Assembly (NCBI GenBank): GCA_964291395.2
Contig: OZ219858.1
Coordinates: 1-64,000 of the forward strand
DNA from: Alphaproteobacteria bacterium
Lineage (GTDB): Bacteria; Pseudomonadota; Alphaproteobacteria; UBA2966
Length of the DNA: 64,000 nt
Reading direction: 5' to 3'
A program made the translations under genes and the position numbers. Under the pieces are notes generated by a model. It was not told the DNA's origin and made no database searches. It saw only the letters and a list, made by a program, of their open reading frames with translations. Below, piece by piece: positions 32,559 through 41,644 of this stretch (position 1 is the stretch's first letter; each line of letters starts with the position of its first letter).

Positions 32559-33041
32559 TCAGCCTTCTCCGGTCGGCATGCTGCGGGCCGCCTCGGCCAC
32601 GGCCTTGATGATGTTCACGTAGCCGGTGCAGCGGCAGACGTTGTTGGTGAGCCCGCGGCGGATCTCGGTCTCGTCGGGCGACGGATTTTGCCGCAGCAAC
32701 TCCACCGTGGTGAGCACGAAGCCGGGCGTGCAATAGCCGCATTGCAGCGCGTGATTGCGATGGAATGCATCTTGGATGGGGCTGAGGCTTGCCTCGGCGC
32801 TGACCCCTTCGATGGTCGTGATCTCGGACCCGGAGACCTGGACAGCGAAATGCAGACAACTCCGCGCCGTCTGCCCGTCGAGAAGCACTGTACAGGCACC
32901 GCAGACCCCCTGCTCGCAACCGATATGGGTGCCGGTGAGCCCCAGCTCGCGACGCAGGAAATCCACGAGCAGATACCGCGGCTCGACGCTGCGCACGTAT
33001 TCCGCACCGTTGACGGTTAGCCTGACCTCGACCTTGCTCAT
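32559..33041 (-). CDS. CoxS-like [2Fe-2S] subunit
   Basis: GCEQGVCGACTV, QCGYCTPG, CRCTGY. Confidence 0.93.
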   Translation of the reverse strand: MSKVEVRLTVNGAEYVRSVEPRYLLVDFLRRELGLTGTHIGCEQGVCGACTVLLDGQTARSCLHFAVQVSGSEITTIEGVSAEASLSPIQDAFHRNHALQCGYCTPGFVLTTVELLRQNPSPDETEIRRGLTNNVCRCTGYVNIIKAVAEAARSMPTGEG

Positions 33042-33895
33042 GCGATCGCTTCCCTCACGGCCCGCTCGACGAGCGTCGCGGTCAAGCGCCGGCGGTAGGC
33101 GGCACTGGCGTGGATGTCGTCAGCAGGATCGACGGATTGGGCCGCGGCTTCGCCGGCCGCGCGCAGGATGTCCGCGTCGAACGGATTTTCCACGAGGATG
33201 CACTCCGCTTCGGCGAGGCGGACGGGTGTCGGCCCGACACCCATGACCGCCAGGCGCACCCCGGCGCACGCCCCGTCCTTCGACATCTCCAACGCCGCGG
33301 CGACGCCGACGACCGCGAAGCCATGCCGGCGGTTCCCCACTTCGGCGAAGGCCGCGCGGTGGTTCGACCCGGCTCGGGGAAAACGGACGGCGTGGAGCAT
33401 CTCGCCTTCCCGGAGGGAGGTCGTCAGGTCGGAGAGGAAGAAGCCGGACGCGGCAACCGTGCGCTCGGCTCCGGCGCTCCGCACGAGGAGTTCGGCGTCC
33501 AGCGCCAAAGCCACCGCGGGCAACTCCGCCAAGCGGTCGGCATGGGCCAGAGTCCCGCCCACAGTTCCCCGGTTGCGGTGAGCCGTGCCGCCGAGATGAG
33601 GCAGAGCCGCGGCGAGCAGAGGACAGGCTTCGCGCACCTTCGACGACCGCTCCGCCGTCATCTGGCGGGTCATCGTACCGCAGACGAGGGAACCGTTCTC
33701 CATCCTGATGTAAGCGAGCGAAGGGCAGCGGCCCAGATCGATGATTACCGCGGGCTGGACGATGCGGAGGTTGAGCATTGGAACGAGACTCTGCCCACCG
33801 GCGAGCAGCCGGGCGTCGTCACCGTGCCGGCGCAGCAAGTCCAGCACTTCCTCTTCCGTCTCCGGCGAAACGTACTCGAACGGCGCCGGTTTCAC
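33038..33895 (-). CDS. CoxM-like FAD-binding subunit
   Basis: MKPAPFEY, AGGQSL, RNRGTVGG, DDIHASAAYR. Confidence 0.93.
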   Translation of the reverse strand: MKPAPFEYVSPETEEEVLDLLRRHGDDARLLAGGQSLVPMLNLRIVQPAVIIDLGRCPSLAYIRMENGSLVCGTMTRQMTAERSSKVREACPLLAAALPHLGGTAHRNRGTVGGTLAHADRLAELPAVALALDAELLVRSAGAERTVAASGFFLSDLTTSLREGEMLHAVRFPRAGSNHRAAFAEVGNRRHGFAVVGVAAALEMSKDGACAGVRLAVMGVGPTPVRLAEAECILVENPFDADILRAAGEAAAQSVDPADDIHASAAYRRRLTATLVERAVREAIA

Positions 33896-34032
33896 CCGTC
33901 GGCCTCCCCGTGCTCCCGGCTATCGCGTCCGGGCGGCGTATCTAATCACGCTGCCCGGCAAGGGTCGACCCATGCGGCCTGTCCGTTCGTAGCCTAAACT
34001 CGGAGTCGCGAGACACGAAGGGGGATCAGTTC

Positions 34033-35436
34033 ATGACCGATGACCCGGCCATGATGACGGCGATGGAGCTTGTCACCCGGTATCGCCGCAAAACGCTCTC
34101 ACCCGTCGAAGCGACGGCAGCGGTCCTTGCGCGCATCGACCGGTGCGACCCCGCACTCAACGCCTTCTGCGTGCTCGATGGCGATTTCGCGATGGCTGGA
34201 GCCCGGGAGTCCGAAGCGCGCTGGCGGAGGGGCGAGCCGCAGGGCCTGATTGACGGCGTGCCGACGACCATCAAGGACGTCATACTGGCGAAAGGCTGGC
34301 CGACGCGGCGCGGCTCCAAGACGACGCCGGCCGAGGGCCCGTGGGACGTCGACGCACCTGCCTCGGCGCGCGTGCGCGAGCACGGCGCGGTGCTTCTCGG
34401 CAAGACCACGACACCGGAATACGGGTGGAAAGGCGTCACCGATTGCCCGCTTACGGGCACCACGCGGAATCCCTGGAACGCGGATCTGACGCCGGGCGGC
34501 TCGAGCGGCGGCGCCACGGCGGCGTGTGCCACGGGCATGGGCGCACTCCACGTCGGCAGTGACGGCGGGGGCTCGATCCGCATGCCATGCGCCTTCACGG
34601 GCGTTTTCGGCATCAAGGCCACCTCGGGCCGCGTACCCGTGTATCCCCCGAACTACCTTGCCGACACCGTCCATCACGGTCCAATCACGCGGACGGTTGC
34701 CGACAGCGCGCTCTTGCTGACGGTCCTCTCGAAGCCGGACGCGCGCGATTGGTTCGCCATTCCGTACGAGCCCCGCGACTGGCGCGTGGGGCTCGACGAC
34801 GGTGTGCGCGGAATGCGCATCGCCTATTCGCGGAACTTGGGCTACGCCGACGTCGACCCGGAAATCGCCAACCTGGTTGAGGCGGCGGTCCAGGTTCTGG
34901 CCGATCTCGGCGCCGTGGTGGAGGAACAGGATCCGGGGTTCGAGGACCCCATGGAGCCCTTCCGCGCGAACTTCTTCTCGTGCCTGCGACCGGTCATCGA
35001 TGCGGTTCCGGAAGATCGCCGGGACCAACTCGATCCGGGTTTCGTGCGCTGGGTCGACGCCTACCGGGACACGGATGCCGACTCTCTACTCGCCGCTCAG
35101 GGCATCCGCATGAACCTCGGCCATGTCATGAACATGTTTCTCGATTCCTGGGACCTTTTGCTCACGCCCCAGGTCCCGATCCCGGCCTTCGAGGTGAATG
35201 CCGAAGTCCCCGCAGGACGGGGAATGAAAAGCTGGATGGAGTGGAGCCCGTTCACCTACCCTTTCAACTTCACGGGCCACCCGGCCGCGACGGTGCCGTG
35301 CGGCCTGACGTCCGATGGCCTGCCCGCGGCCATCCAGCTTGTCGGACCCCGCTATCGCGAGGATCTGGTACTGCGGGCCGCCCGGGCGTACGAAACGGCC
35401 CATCCCTTCGTCATGCCGCCCTTGCCATCGGTGTAG
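34033..35436 (+). CDS. amidase signature family enzyme
   Basis: TIKD, GGSSGG, GSDGGGSIRMP. Confidence 0.92.
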   Translation: MTDDPAMMTAMELVTRYRRKTLSPVEATAAVLARIDRCDPALNAFCVLDGDFAMAGARESEARWRRGEPQGLIDGVPTTIKDVILAKGWPTRRGSKTTPAEGPWDVDAPASARVREHGAVLLGKTTTPEYGWKGVTDCPLTGTTRNPWNADLTPGGSSGGATAACATGMGALHVGSDGGGSIRMPCAFTGVFGIKATSGRVPVYPPNYLADTVHHGPITRTVADSALLLTVLSKPDARDWFAIPYEPRDWRVGLDDGVRGMRIAYSRNLGYADVDPEIANLVEAAVQVLADLGAVVEEQDPGFEDPMEPFRANFFSCLRPVIDAVPEDRRDQLDPGFVRWVDAYRDTDADSLLAAQGIRMNLGHVMNMFLDSWDLLLTPQVPIPAFEVNAEVPAGRGMKSWMEWSPFTYPFNFTGHPAATVPCGLTSDGLPAAIQLVGPRYREDLVLRAARAYETAHPFVMPPLPSV

Positions 35437-35498
35437 GGCGGCGTTTCCCTTTTCTCCACAGGAGATGGAAGAGGCGAACGACGTTCGCCGAAGGGACC

Positions 35499-35840
35499 CT
35501 ACCGGAACGGGCCCCATTCTCGGGTGGGAGCGCCCTCACCGTCCGGAACCTCCTCGATGAGGAAATAGGCCGACGTGGCGTATTTGCGGCGGACTTCCGC
35601 CGCTTTTTGGTAGGCCTCGGAGTAGTACCAGCCCTCGGCGGCTTCCTTGCTCTCGAAGCCGAGGATGACGAAGCGGCCCGGCTCGAAGTCGCCTTCCAGG
35701 ATCTTGGCGTCGCCCGCCCCACGGGCCCGTCCCACGTACCAGCCTCCGTGTTCAATCACGGTTGGCGGCACCAAGGCGCTATAGCCCTTGTAAGGCTCGG
35801 GCTCGAGGACATCTACGTTGGCAACCACGTATGCGACCAT
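35499..35840 (-). CDS. DUF1330 family protein
   Basis: AYVVANV..HGGWY..LEG..GF..WYYSEAYQ pattern. Confidence 0.8.
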   Translation of the reverse strand: MVAYVVANVDVLEPEPYKGYSALVPPTVIEHGGWYVGRARGAGDAKILEGDFEPGRFVILGFESKEAAEGWYYSEAYQKAAEVRRKYATSAYFLIEEVPDGEGAPTREWGPFR

Positions 35841-35906
35841 CACGGCCTCCCTTTCATGAGCGATTGTGCGCGAAATCATGCCGGGCGCTCCGAACCGCGT
35901 CAAAAT

Positions 35907-35933
35907 CGGGGTCGGACCCGAGGTCCGATCCCC
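35907..35933. repeat. short palindromic intergenic repeat
   Basis: GGGGTCGGACCCGAGGTCCGATCCCC. Confidence 0.6.
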
Positions 35934-36002
35934 ATCGACGATTTTTCCGCTACCATGGGCTTAGGTACCGCTCAACCCCCGCGACCCGTAGTCTCAAACC
36001 CG

Positions 36003-36896
36003 ATGACAGCGCTCAATCCCGAACCGGCCGCCCAGGCCAGGCGTCAGCGCGTGCTGTCGGGTGCAGCCCTGGTCACCGGGGCGGGGCTGATGTTCGCCCT
36101 GGCCGGCATGTCCATCAAAATGGCGGGGGAGACTCTCGGCAGCACCCACATCCTCTTCTGGCGTAATGTGCTGAGCCTGTTGATCCTGACCCCGTGGATC
36201 CTCTGGAACTGGCCCCATTCCTTGCGGCCCGCCCACACGGGCCTGATCGTGCTGCGCGGCGTTTCCGTCGTGGCGGCACTGCTCTGCTATTACTACGCGG
36301 TCACGGTGATCCCCCTGGCGGACGCACTGCTGTTCAATTTCAGCGCACCCATATTCGTACCGGTGCTCGGGCTACTGCTGTTCGGTTTCGCCCTGAACCG
36401 GGCGGTACTGCTCGCCGTGATCATCGGCTTCATCGGGGTCGCCTTGATCCTCAAGCCGGGCACGAACCTCTTCCAGCCGGTGGCACTGATCGCGCTGGCT
36501 TCGGGCGCCTTGGGTGGCCTTTCGGCCGTCGCCATCTGGCGCATGCCGGCGAACGAAAGCGCGACGCGTATCGCCGTGTTCTTCGCCTTGATCGGCATCG
36601 CGATCACCTCGGTGGCGATTGTCGCAGACCCCCGCCTACCGCCACCCGAGTCCTGGAGTCCACTCGTCATGCTGGGCGTGTTTTCGACAGCCGCCCACCT
36701 GCTTTACGTGCGTGGCTGCCTAATCGCTCCGACCGATCAGGTATCGACCCTCACGTACACGTCGGTGTTTTTCGGCGCCGCGATCGGCTGGATGATCTGG
36801 GACGAGCGCGTGGACTGGTTCATGACCGCGGGCACGGTGCTCGTCATCGGTGCCAGCGCAATCTCTGTTCGCGCCGGACGGGGCACTGCCGCTTGA
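36003..36896 (+). CDS. DMT/EamA family transporter
   Basis: About 10 hydrophobic segments; LADALLFNFSAPIF and GFIGVALILKPG. Confidence 0.88.
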   Translation: MTALNPEPAAQARRQRVLSGAALVTGAGLMFALAGMSIKMAGETLGSTHILFWRNVLSLLILTPWILWNWPHSLRPAHTGLIVLRGVSVVAALLCYYYAVTVIPLADALLFNFSAPIFVPVLGLLLFGFALNRAVLLAVIIGFIGVALILKPGTNLFQPVALIALASGALGGLSAVAIWRMPANESATRIAVFFALIGIAITSVAIVADPRLPPPESWSPLVMLGVFSTAAHLLYVRGCLIAPTDQVSTLTYTSVFFGAAIGWMIWDERVDWFMTAGTVLVIGASAISVRAGRGTAA

Positions 36897-37159
36897 ACCT
36901 TCAAGCTATTGAAATTGAGAATCTTTCCGCTTTCGCGAAAGCGTTGGCCGTGGCCTCGTCGGGACGCGCCTTGACGCGCCAGGCAAGGGCCGTGGCCTTG
37001 GTCGCCTCGGAGCCCGGCAGCCGGCTGACAGGGTGTGACAGACCGCACCGATGCGGCCTCATCCTTGCCCTCGGTCTGCCCGTTTACCGGGCTCACCCGA
37101 ACGTTTAGCATCGCACAAGCGAACGAAAGTCCAGCTTCTCCCATTCGCAGGTGAACGGC

Positions 37160-37627
37160 ATGCTCGATATTGGCGACTCGTTTCCCAACCTGACGTTCAA
37201 TCTCGTGGGCGGTGCCGGAACCGTCGCCATCCCGGACGATCTCGAGGCCGACTACAACATCGTCCTGTTCTATCGCGGCCATTGGTGACCCTATTGCCGT
37301 CGTCAGTTGGACGACTGGGAAGCCCACAAATCGGAACTCGAGGCGATCGACGCCAGGGTGGCCGTCGCAGGCAGCGTGGACAGCGCCTGGCACGCCCAGG
37401 AGATCGCCGACGGCGTCTCGTTCCCGATCGCCCAGGGCGTGAGCCGCGAGCAGGGCGAGGCGGTCGGCGCTTTCTGGGAGGATGACCGCAAGTTCATCCA
37501 GCCCGCGGAGTTCATCCTGCTCAAGGACGGCACGGTGCGCGGCTCTTCCTACGCCGCCGGCCCCCTCGGCCGCCTGGATGCTTCGGACGCCATCAAACTG
37601 ATTACCTTCTGGGAATCGAACAAGTAA
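37160..37627 (+). CDS. peroxiredoxin-like (AhpC/TSA) selenoprotein with UxxC motif; in-frame TGA at 37286-37288
   Basis: MLDIGDSFP..VLFYRGHW-TGA-PYCRRQL reads through in frame into ORF 37307-37627; TGA occupies the first Cys of the family's WCPYC motif; SECIS-like hairpin follows. Confidence 0.88.
37297..37318 (+). other. bacterial SECIS-like hairpin
   Basis: GTCGTC-AGTTG-GACGAC stem-loop; loop starts 17 nt after the TGA with G at loop position 2. Confidence 0.7.
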
Positions 37628-37675
37628 GCCAACTCGCGGCCCGAGGCCGAGTTCCGCGAGCGAAGCGGAGTCCGC

Positions 37676-38182
37676 CTAGAAGAAGATGGTGATGCTGCGG
37701 GGCAGCAGCGACTGATCAAGAACGACCTTGCGCCTGACGATCCGGTAGCTACCATTCTCCGCCCGGAGCCGGTCTTCCCGACGGCCCACGAAGATCTTCT
37801 CCGTCCGCTCCAGCCGTGACTGATAGACCATCAGGTTGCAGCGCACGTCGAGTTCGCCGTCGCCGCCAGCGCCGGCCTCGTCGACCTCGACGTTGGAGAT
37901 GAAATAGCGCAGGCGCGAGGGCGGCTGCTCCGCATGCGCCAAGTGATGGCGCAGGCGCTGCACGCGCGCCGCCATGAAATCCTTGTCGTCATCGACGTGC
38001 GGCAGAAACTCCTCGCCGCGCTCGGAATCCTCCCGGTCCACCGTCGTTTCCCGGATGGGCATGAGGTAGCGCGTATCGTCAGTAAAGAGATCGAGCCACT
38101 CCTCGAAGCGGCCCTCCGCCAGCATGCGGACTTCCCGATAGAGGAACCGTTCAACCCTGTGCTGCAAGTCTGGGCTTGTCAT
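37676..38182 (-). CDS. aromatic ring-hydroxylating dioxygenase beta subunit
   Basis: FLYREVRML..WLDL..AEQPPSR..ISNV..GRRED..C-terminal ITIFF. Confidence 0.9.
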   Translation of the reverse strand: MTSPDLQHRVERFLYREVRMLAEGRFEEWLDLFTDDTRYLMPIRETTVDREDSERGEEFLPHVDDDKDFMAARVQRLRHHLAHAEQPPSRLRYFISNVEVDEAGAGGDGELDVRCNLMVYQSRLERTEKIFVGRREDRLRAENGSYRIVRRKVVLDQSLLPRSITIFF

Positions 38183-39509
38183 AGACCATCCGCGCTCCTT
38201 TGCCGCCATCCATCAGGTCCGCCCAGTGCCGGTAGAACAGCCTCTGATTCTCCTCGGATACGTAGGTCGAAATGTGCCCGGGCACGTCGTCGAACCCCTC
38301 GACCGGGTCCCGCTCGAGGGTCATCTGGTAGTTGAAGTCGAGGCGTTGGCCGATCACGCCGGCCGTCGACTGCGTGACCTGCTCGAAGTTCTCCGTGTCG
38401 TCCGGGCCGACGATGCCGGACGTCGACTGAAAACGCGTGAAATCAATCCGCGCCATATCCTTGACCACCTGCGGCGCGTCCCGGTCGGTAGCCGCCCACT
38501 GCCATACCTCGAGACGGCCCGGACCCTTCGGCGTCCACAAGTACAGGCCGATCGGCCGCAGCGTGCTGAAATCGTTGATCGAGAAGTTCGGAAACAGATT
38601 GCCGAACGGCAACGCGTGGACCTTGGCCTGGGCTTCCGAAAGCTTGAGCAGACGGGCGTGGCATTCCTCGACGTACTCCACGACCTCGGGACCCATGTCC
38701 GCGGCCAGCATACGGTCGACCTTGACCCGTTCGCCGGAGAGGGTGAACTGCGTGAAGCCGTGGCCGTTGTCCATGGCAATGTCGTAATATGTGAGCTTGC
38801 CCTCGCGGTAGATCAGGGGATTGGCGGGGTTGAGCTGCCGGATGTCCAGCGCGTAGGCCGATCCGTGGCTGTGGGCGAGATGGTATGAGTCGCCGACGAA
38901 GTTCTCCGAGGCGATCTTCCAGTTGCCGTCCACCGAGTAGCGCTGCTGCCCCGGGATCACCTCGATGCCCCCCAGCGACCGCTCGATCAGGATGTCCAGA
39001 TACCAGCGCGCGTTGCCGAGGTAGTCATCGAGACTCCCGGCGTCTTCGTCCCAGTTGCCGAACACGAACCCGCCGTAGCTGGCCAGCCGCGGCACCCGGT
39101 GCAGACCCCAGTCCTCCTTGTCGAGACCCCCGAAATAACCGTCCTCGAAGTTCGGCACCGCCTTGAGCGAACCATCGGCGCCGTAAGTCCAGCCGTGGAA
39201 AGGACAGGCGAACTGGCGCGCGTTGCCCGCGTCCGTGCGGCACACCCGCATGCCCCGGTGGCGGCAGGAGTTGAGAAAAGCCCGAACCTCGCCGTCCCCG
39301 CCCCGCCAGATCAGCACCGGGTCCTCGCCCATGTAGTTGGTGGTGTAGTCCCCGGGGGCGGGAATCTGACTCTCGTGCGCAAGATAGAGCCAGCATTTGG
39401 CGAAGATATTCTCCAACTCGGCACGGTAAACCTCCGGATCAAAGAAAATCCGGCGGCTGATCAGACCCTCCTCAACCCTCACCAGATCGCGAACACGGAT
39501 ATCCGACAT
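38151..39509 (-). CDS. Rieske ring-hydroxylating dioxygenase alpha subunit
   Basis: CRHRG..CPFHGW Rieske motif; ENFVGDSYH..H; DD.ENF. Confidence 0.92.
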   Translation of the reverse strand: MSDIRVRDLVRVEEGLISRRIFFDPEVYRAELENIFAKCWLYLAHESQIPAPGDYTTNYMGEDPVLIWRGGDGEVRAFLNSCRHRGMRVCRTDAGNARQFACPFHGWTYGADGSLKAVPNFEDGYFGGLDKEDWGLHRVPRLASYGGFVFGNWDEDAGSLDDYLGNARWYLDILIERSLGGIEVIPGQQRYSVDGNWKIASENFVGDSYHLAHSHGSAYALDIRQLNPANPLIYREGKLTYYDIAMDNGHGFTQFTLSGERVKVDRMLAADMGPEVVEYVEECHARLLKLSEAQAKVHALPFGNLFPNFSINDFSTLRPIGLYLWTPKGPGRLEVWQWAATDRDAPQVVKDMARIDFTRFQSTSGIVGPDDTENFEQVTQSTAGVIGQRLDFNYQMTLERDPVEGFDDVPGHISTYVSEENQRLFYRHWADLMDGGKGARMVYDKPRLAAQG

Positions 39510-39648
39510 GGTCACCTCCCTTCGCCCCATCATAGCCGCAACCGCCACGAGGGAAAACGCCCGCCTCCAACGCCAGCCGTCCAACCCCAGGCCCGACTCG
39601 ATTCATCATTTCGGGTGAAAACAGTACAATGAGGACCGGAGGGAAATC

Positions 39649-40980
39649 ATGAGTGCACTCTCGGCTCCAAGCGGTCAACCCCTGATCATCGACGATGCGG
39701 AGGCGGGCGTTTTCCGCGTCAATCGGGCCGCCTACGCCTCCGAAGAGGTGTTCGAGCGCGAGCAGCGCGCCCTCTACGATCACTGCTGGCTGCTGCTGGG
39801 ACATGAATCCGAGATCTCCCGACCGGGAGATTTCAAGACCCGCACCATAGCGCTGAGGCCGATCATCCTCTGCCGGGGCGACGACGGACGCGTTCGCGCG
39901 TTCATCAATTCCTGCCCCCATCGCGGCGCGGAGCTGTGTCGCGAAACCGAGGGCAACCGATCCATCTTCCACTGCATGTACCACTCGTGGACGTTCAGGA
40001 ACACGGGCGAGGTGCATACGGTGCGGGCCGAGGAGGGATACACCGGCGGATTCCGGCGTGAGGACTTCCACCTCAAGCAGGTGCCGCGCCTCGAGAGCTA
40101 CCGGGAATTCGTCTTCATCTGCTTCGATCCGGACGCGCCCGATCTGGTGACCTACCTCGGAAACGCGGCGCGTTATCTCGACTATCTCGCCGACCAGGGC
40201 GGCAACGGCATGGAAATCGTCGAGGGCACCCAGCTCTACGCCGCGCGGGCGAACTGGAAGCTGCAAATGGAGAACGTCATCGACTTCTACCATACGGTGC
40301 CGCTGCACACGTCCTACTTCCGCTTCCTCGAGAGCACCGGCGCCGACATCTCCGGCGGCGTGGGCGGCGCCGGCTATGACCTCGGCAACGGGCATTCCGC
40401 CGTGCATTTCAAGGCGGGCTGGGGCCGTCCCGTGGCCCGCTGGGAACCCCGCTGGGGCGAGGCGGAGAAACACCGGCTGGAAGCGCTCCGCACCGATATC
40501 GAGTCGCGCGTCGGAGCGCAGCGCGCCGAGATGATCTGCGACTGGGACCACAACATCCTGGTCTTTCCCAACTTGACCGTCGCCGACGTGGTGGCCCTGG
40601 TGGTGCGCGTGGTCAATCCGATCGCGCCCGGCATGATGGAGATCACCCAGTGGTGCCTGGCGCCCAAGGGCGAACCCGAGGAGGCCCGCTCGCGGCGGCT
40701 GCACGCCTTCAACACCTTCCTCGGTCCGGGCGGTTTCGCCACGCCCGACGACATCGAAGTCTTCGAAGGCTCGCAGCGCGCCTTCTGCGCCCACCGGGAA
40801 CTCGCCTGGTCCGATTTTTCACGAGGCTACCACGGGGAAGCGACCCGGCCCGAAACGGAGATCCGGTCCGACTACGAGGGTCAAATCCGGGCCTTCTACC
40901 GCGAATGGGCGGCGCGCATGGGAGCCATTGTCTCACATCGCGTGGACGGCGCCCTGCCCCGCGAGGCAGCCGCGGAATGA
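39649..40980 (+). CDS. Rieske ring-hydroxylating dioxygenase alpha subunit (second, divergent)
   Basis: CPHRG..CMYHSW; ENVIDFYH..H; FLGPGGFATPDD. Confidence 0.92.
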   Translation: MSALSAPSGQPLIIDDAEAGVFRVNRAAYASEEVFEREQRALYDHCWLLLGHESEISRPGDFKTRTIALRPIILCRGDDGRVRAFINSCPHRGAELCRETEGNRSIFHCMYHSWTFRNTGEVHTVRAEEGYTGGFRREDFHLKQVPRLESYREFVFICFDPDAPDLVTYLGNAARYLDYLADQGGNGMEIVEGTQLYAARANWKLQMENVIDFYHTVPLHTSYFRFLESTGADISGGVGGAGYDLGNGHSAVHFKAGWGRPVARWEPRWGEAEKHRLEALRTDIESRVGAQRAEMICDWDHNILVFPNLTVADVVALVVRVVNPIAPGMMEITQWCLAPKGEPEEARSRRLHAFNTFLGPGGFATPDDIEVFEGSQRAFCAHRELAWSDFSRGYHGEATRPETEIRSDYEGQIRAFYREWAARMGAIVSHRVDGALPREAAAE

Positions 40981-41483
40981 CGGCCGCGGCCGCCGGCACG
41001 CCAACCGTCACGGCATCCGATCTGGAGAGTTTCCTCTATCACGAAGCGGACCTGCTCGACTCCTGGCGCCTTGAGGATTGGCTGGAACTCTTCCTGCCCG
41101 ACGGCACCTACGAGGTGCCGACGACGGACGCGCCCGACGGCTCGCCCGAGTCGACCCTCCATTTCGTCGCCGACACGATGACCGTGCTGAAAGGCCGGGT
41201 GAACCGCCTGATGAGCCCGGATGGCTATGCCGAGAGCCCACACGCCCGAACCCGACGCTTCATCTCGAACGTCCGTCTGGTCGAGGCGGAGGGGGACATG
41301 GTGCGCCTCGCGGCGAACTTCATGATCGCCCGCATGAAAAAGGGCGCCCAGGACCTGTTCATCGGCCACTACGACCACCGGCTGAAGGTCGCGGGCAACG
41401 GCGAGCTTCGGTTCCAACGTCGGCGATCTATCCTCGATCTGGAAGCCCTGCGCCCGCAGCGATCGGTGAGCATCATCATCTAG
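40977..41483 (+). CDS. aromatic ring-hydroxylating dioxygenase beta subunit
   Basis: FLYHEADLLD..WLEL..ESPHARTRRFISNV; ATGA-coupled to the alpha subunit. Confidence 0.9.
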   Translation: MTAAAAGTPTVTASDLESFLYHEADLLDSWRLEDWLELFLPDGTYEVPTTDAPDGSPESTLHFVADTMTVLKGRVNRLMSPDGYAESPHARTRRFISNVRLVEAEGDMVRLAANFMIARMKKGAQDLFIGHYDHRLKVAGNGELRFQRRRSILDLEALRPQRSVSIII

Positions 41484-41564
41484 GGCGGCCTGGGCTCGAC
41501 CGGAGCCGACCCGCCACTCCTTGTCGCTCACGTCAGCGGATTCATACGCCGCGTCGCGACCTCG

Positions 41565-41595
41565 GGAGCGGTTCGGGCCTGGCCCGGACCGCTCC
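41565..41595. repeat. GC-rich intergenic hairpin (possible repeat-family member or terminator)
   Basis: GGAGCGGTTCGGGCC-T-GGCCCGGACCGCTCC. Confidence 0.5.
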
Positions 41596-41644
41596 GGATC
41601 CATTCGCTTGCCCGGGCACATGGGCTCCTGTACTCACGGATGCC

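Noticed and set aside
30164-33895. Aerobic CO dehydrogenase
   Set aside because: Lacks the AYxCSFR motif and has no cox accessory genes.
34980-36002. Long N-terminal extension of the EamA ORF (likewise 41078, 28891 and 14918 starts)
   Set aside because: Overlaps other real genes; true starts were placed downstream using RBS and family N-termini.
6881-41595. CRISPR array from the GTCGGA/TCCGA repeats
   Set aside because: Copies are dispersed and degenerate, with no spacers and no cas genes.
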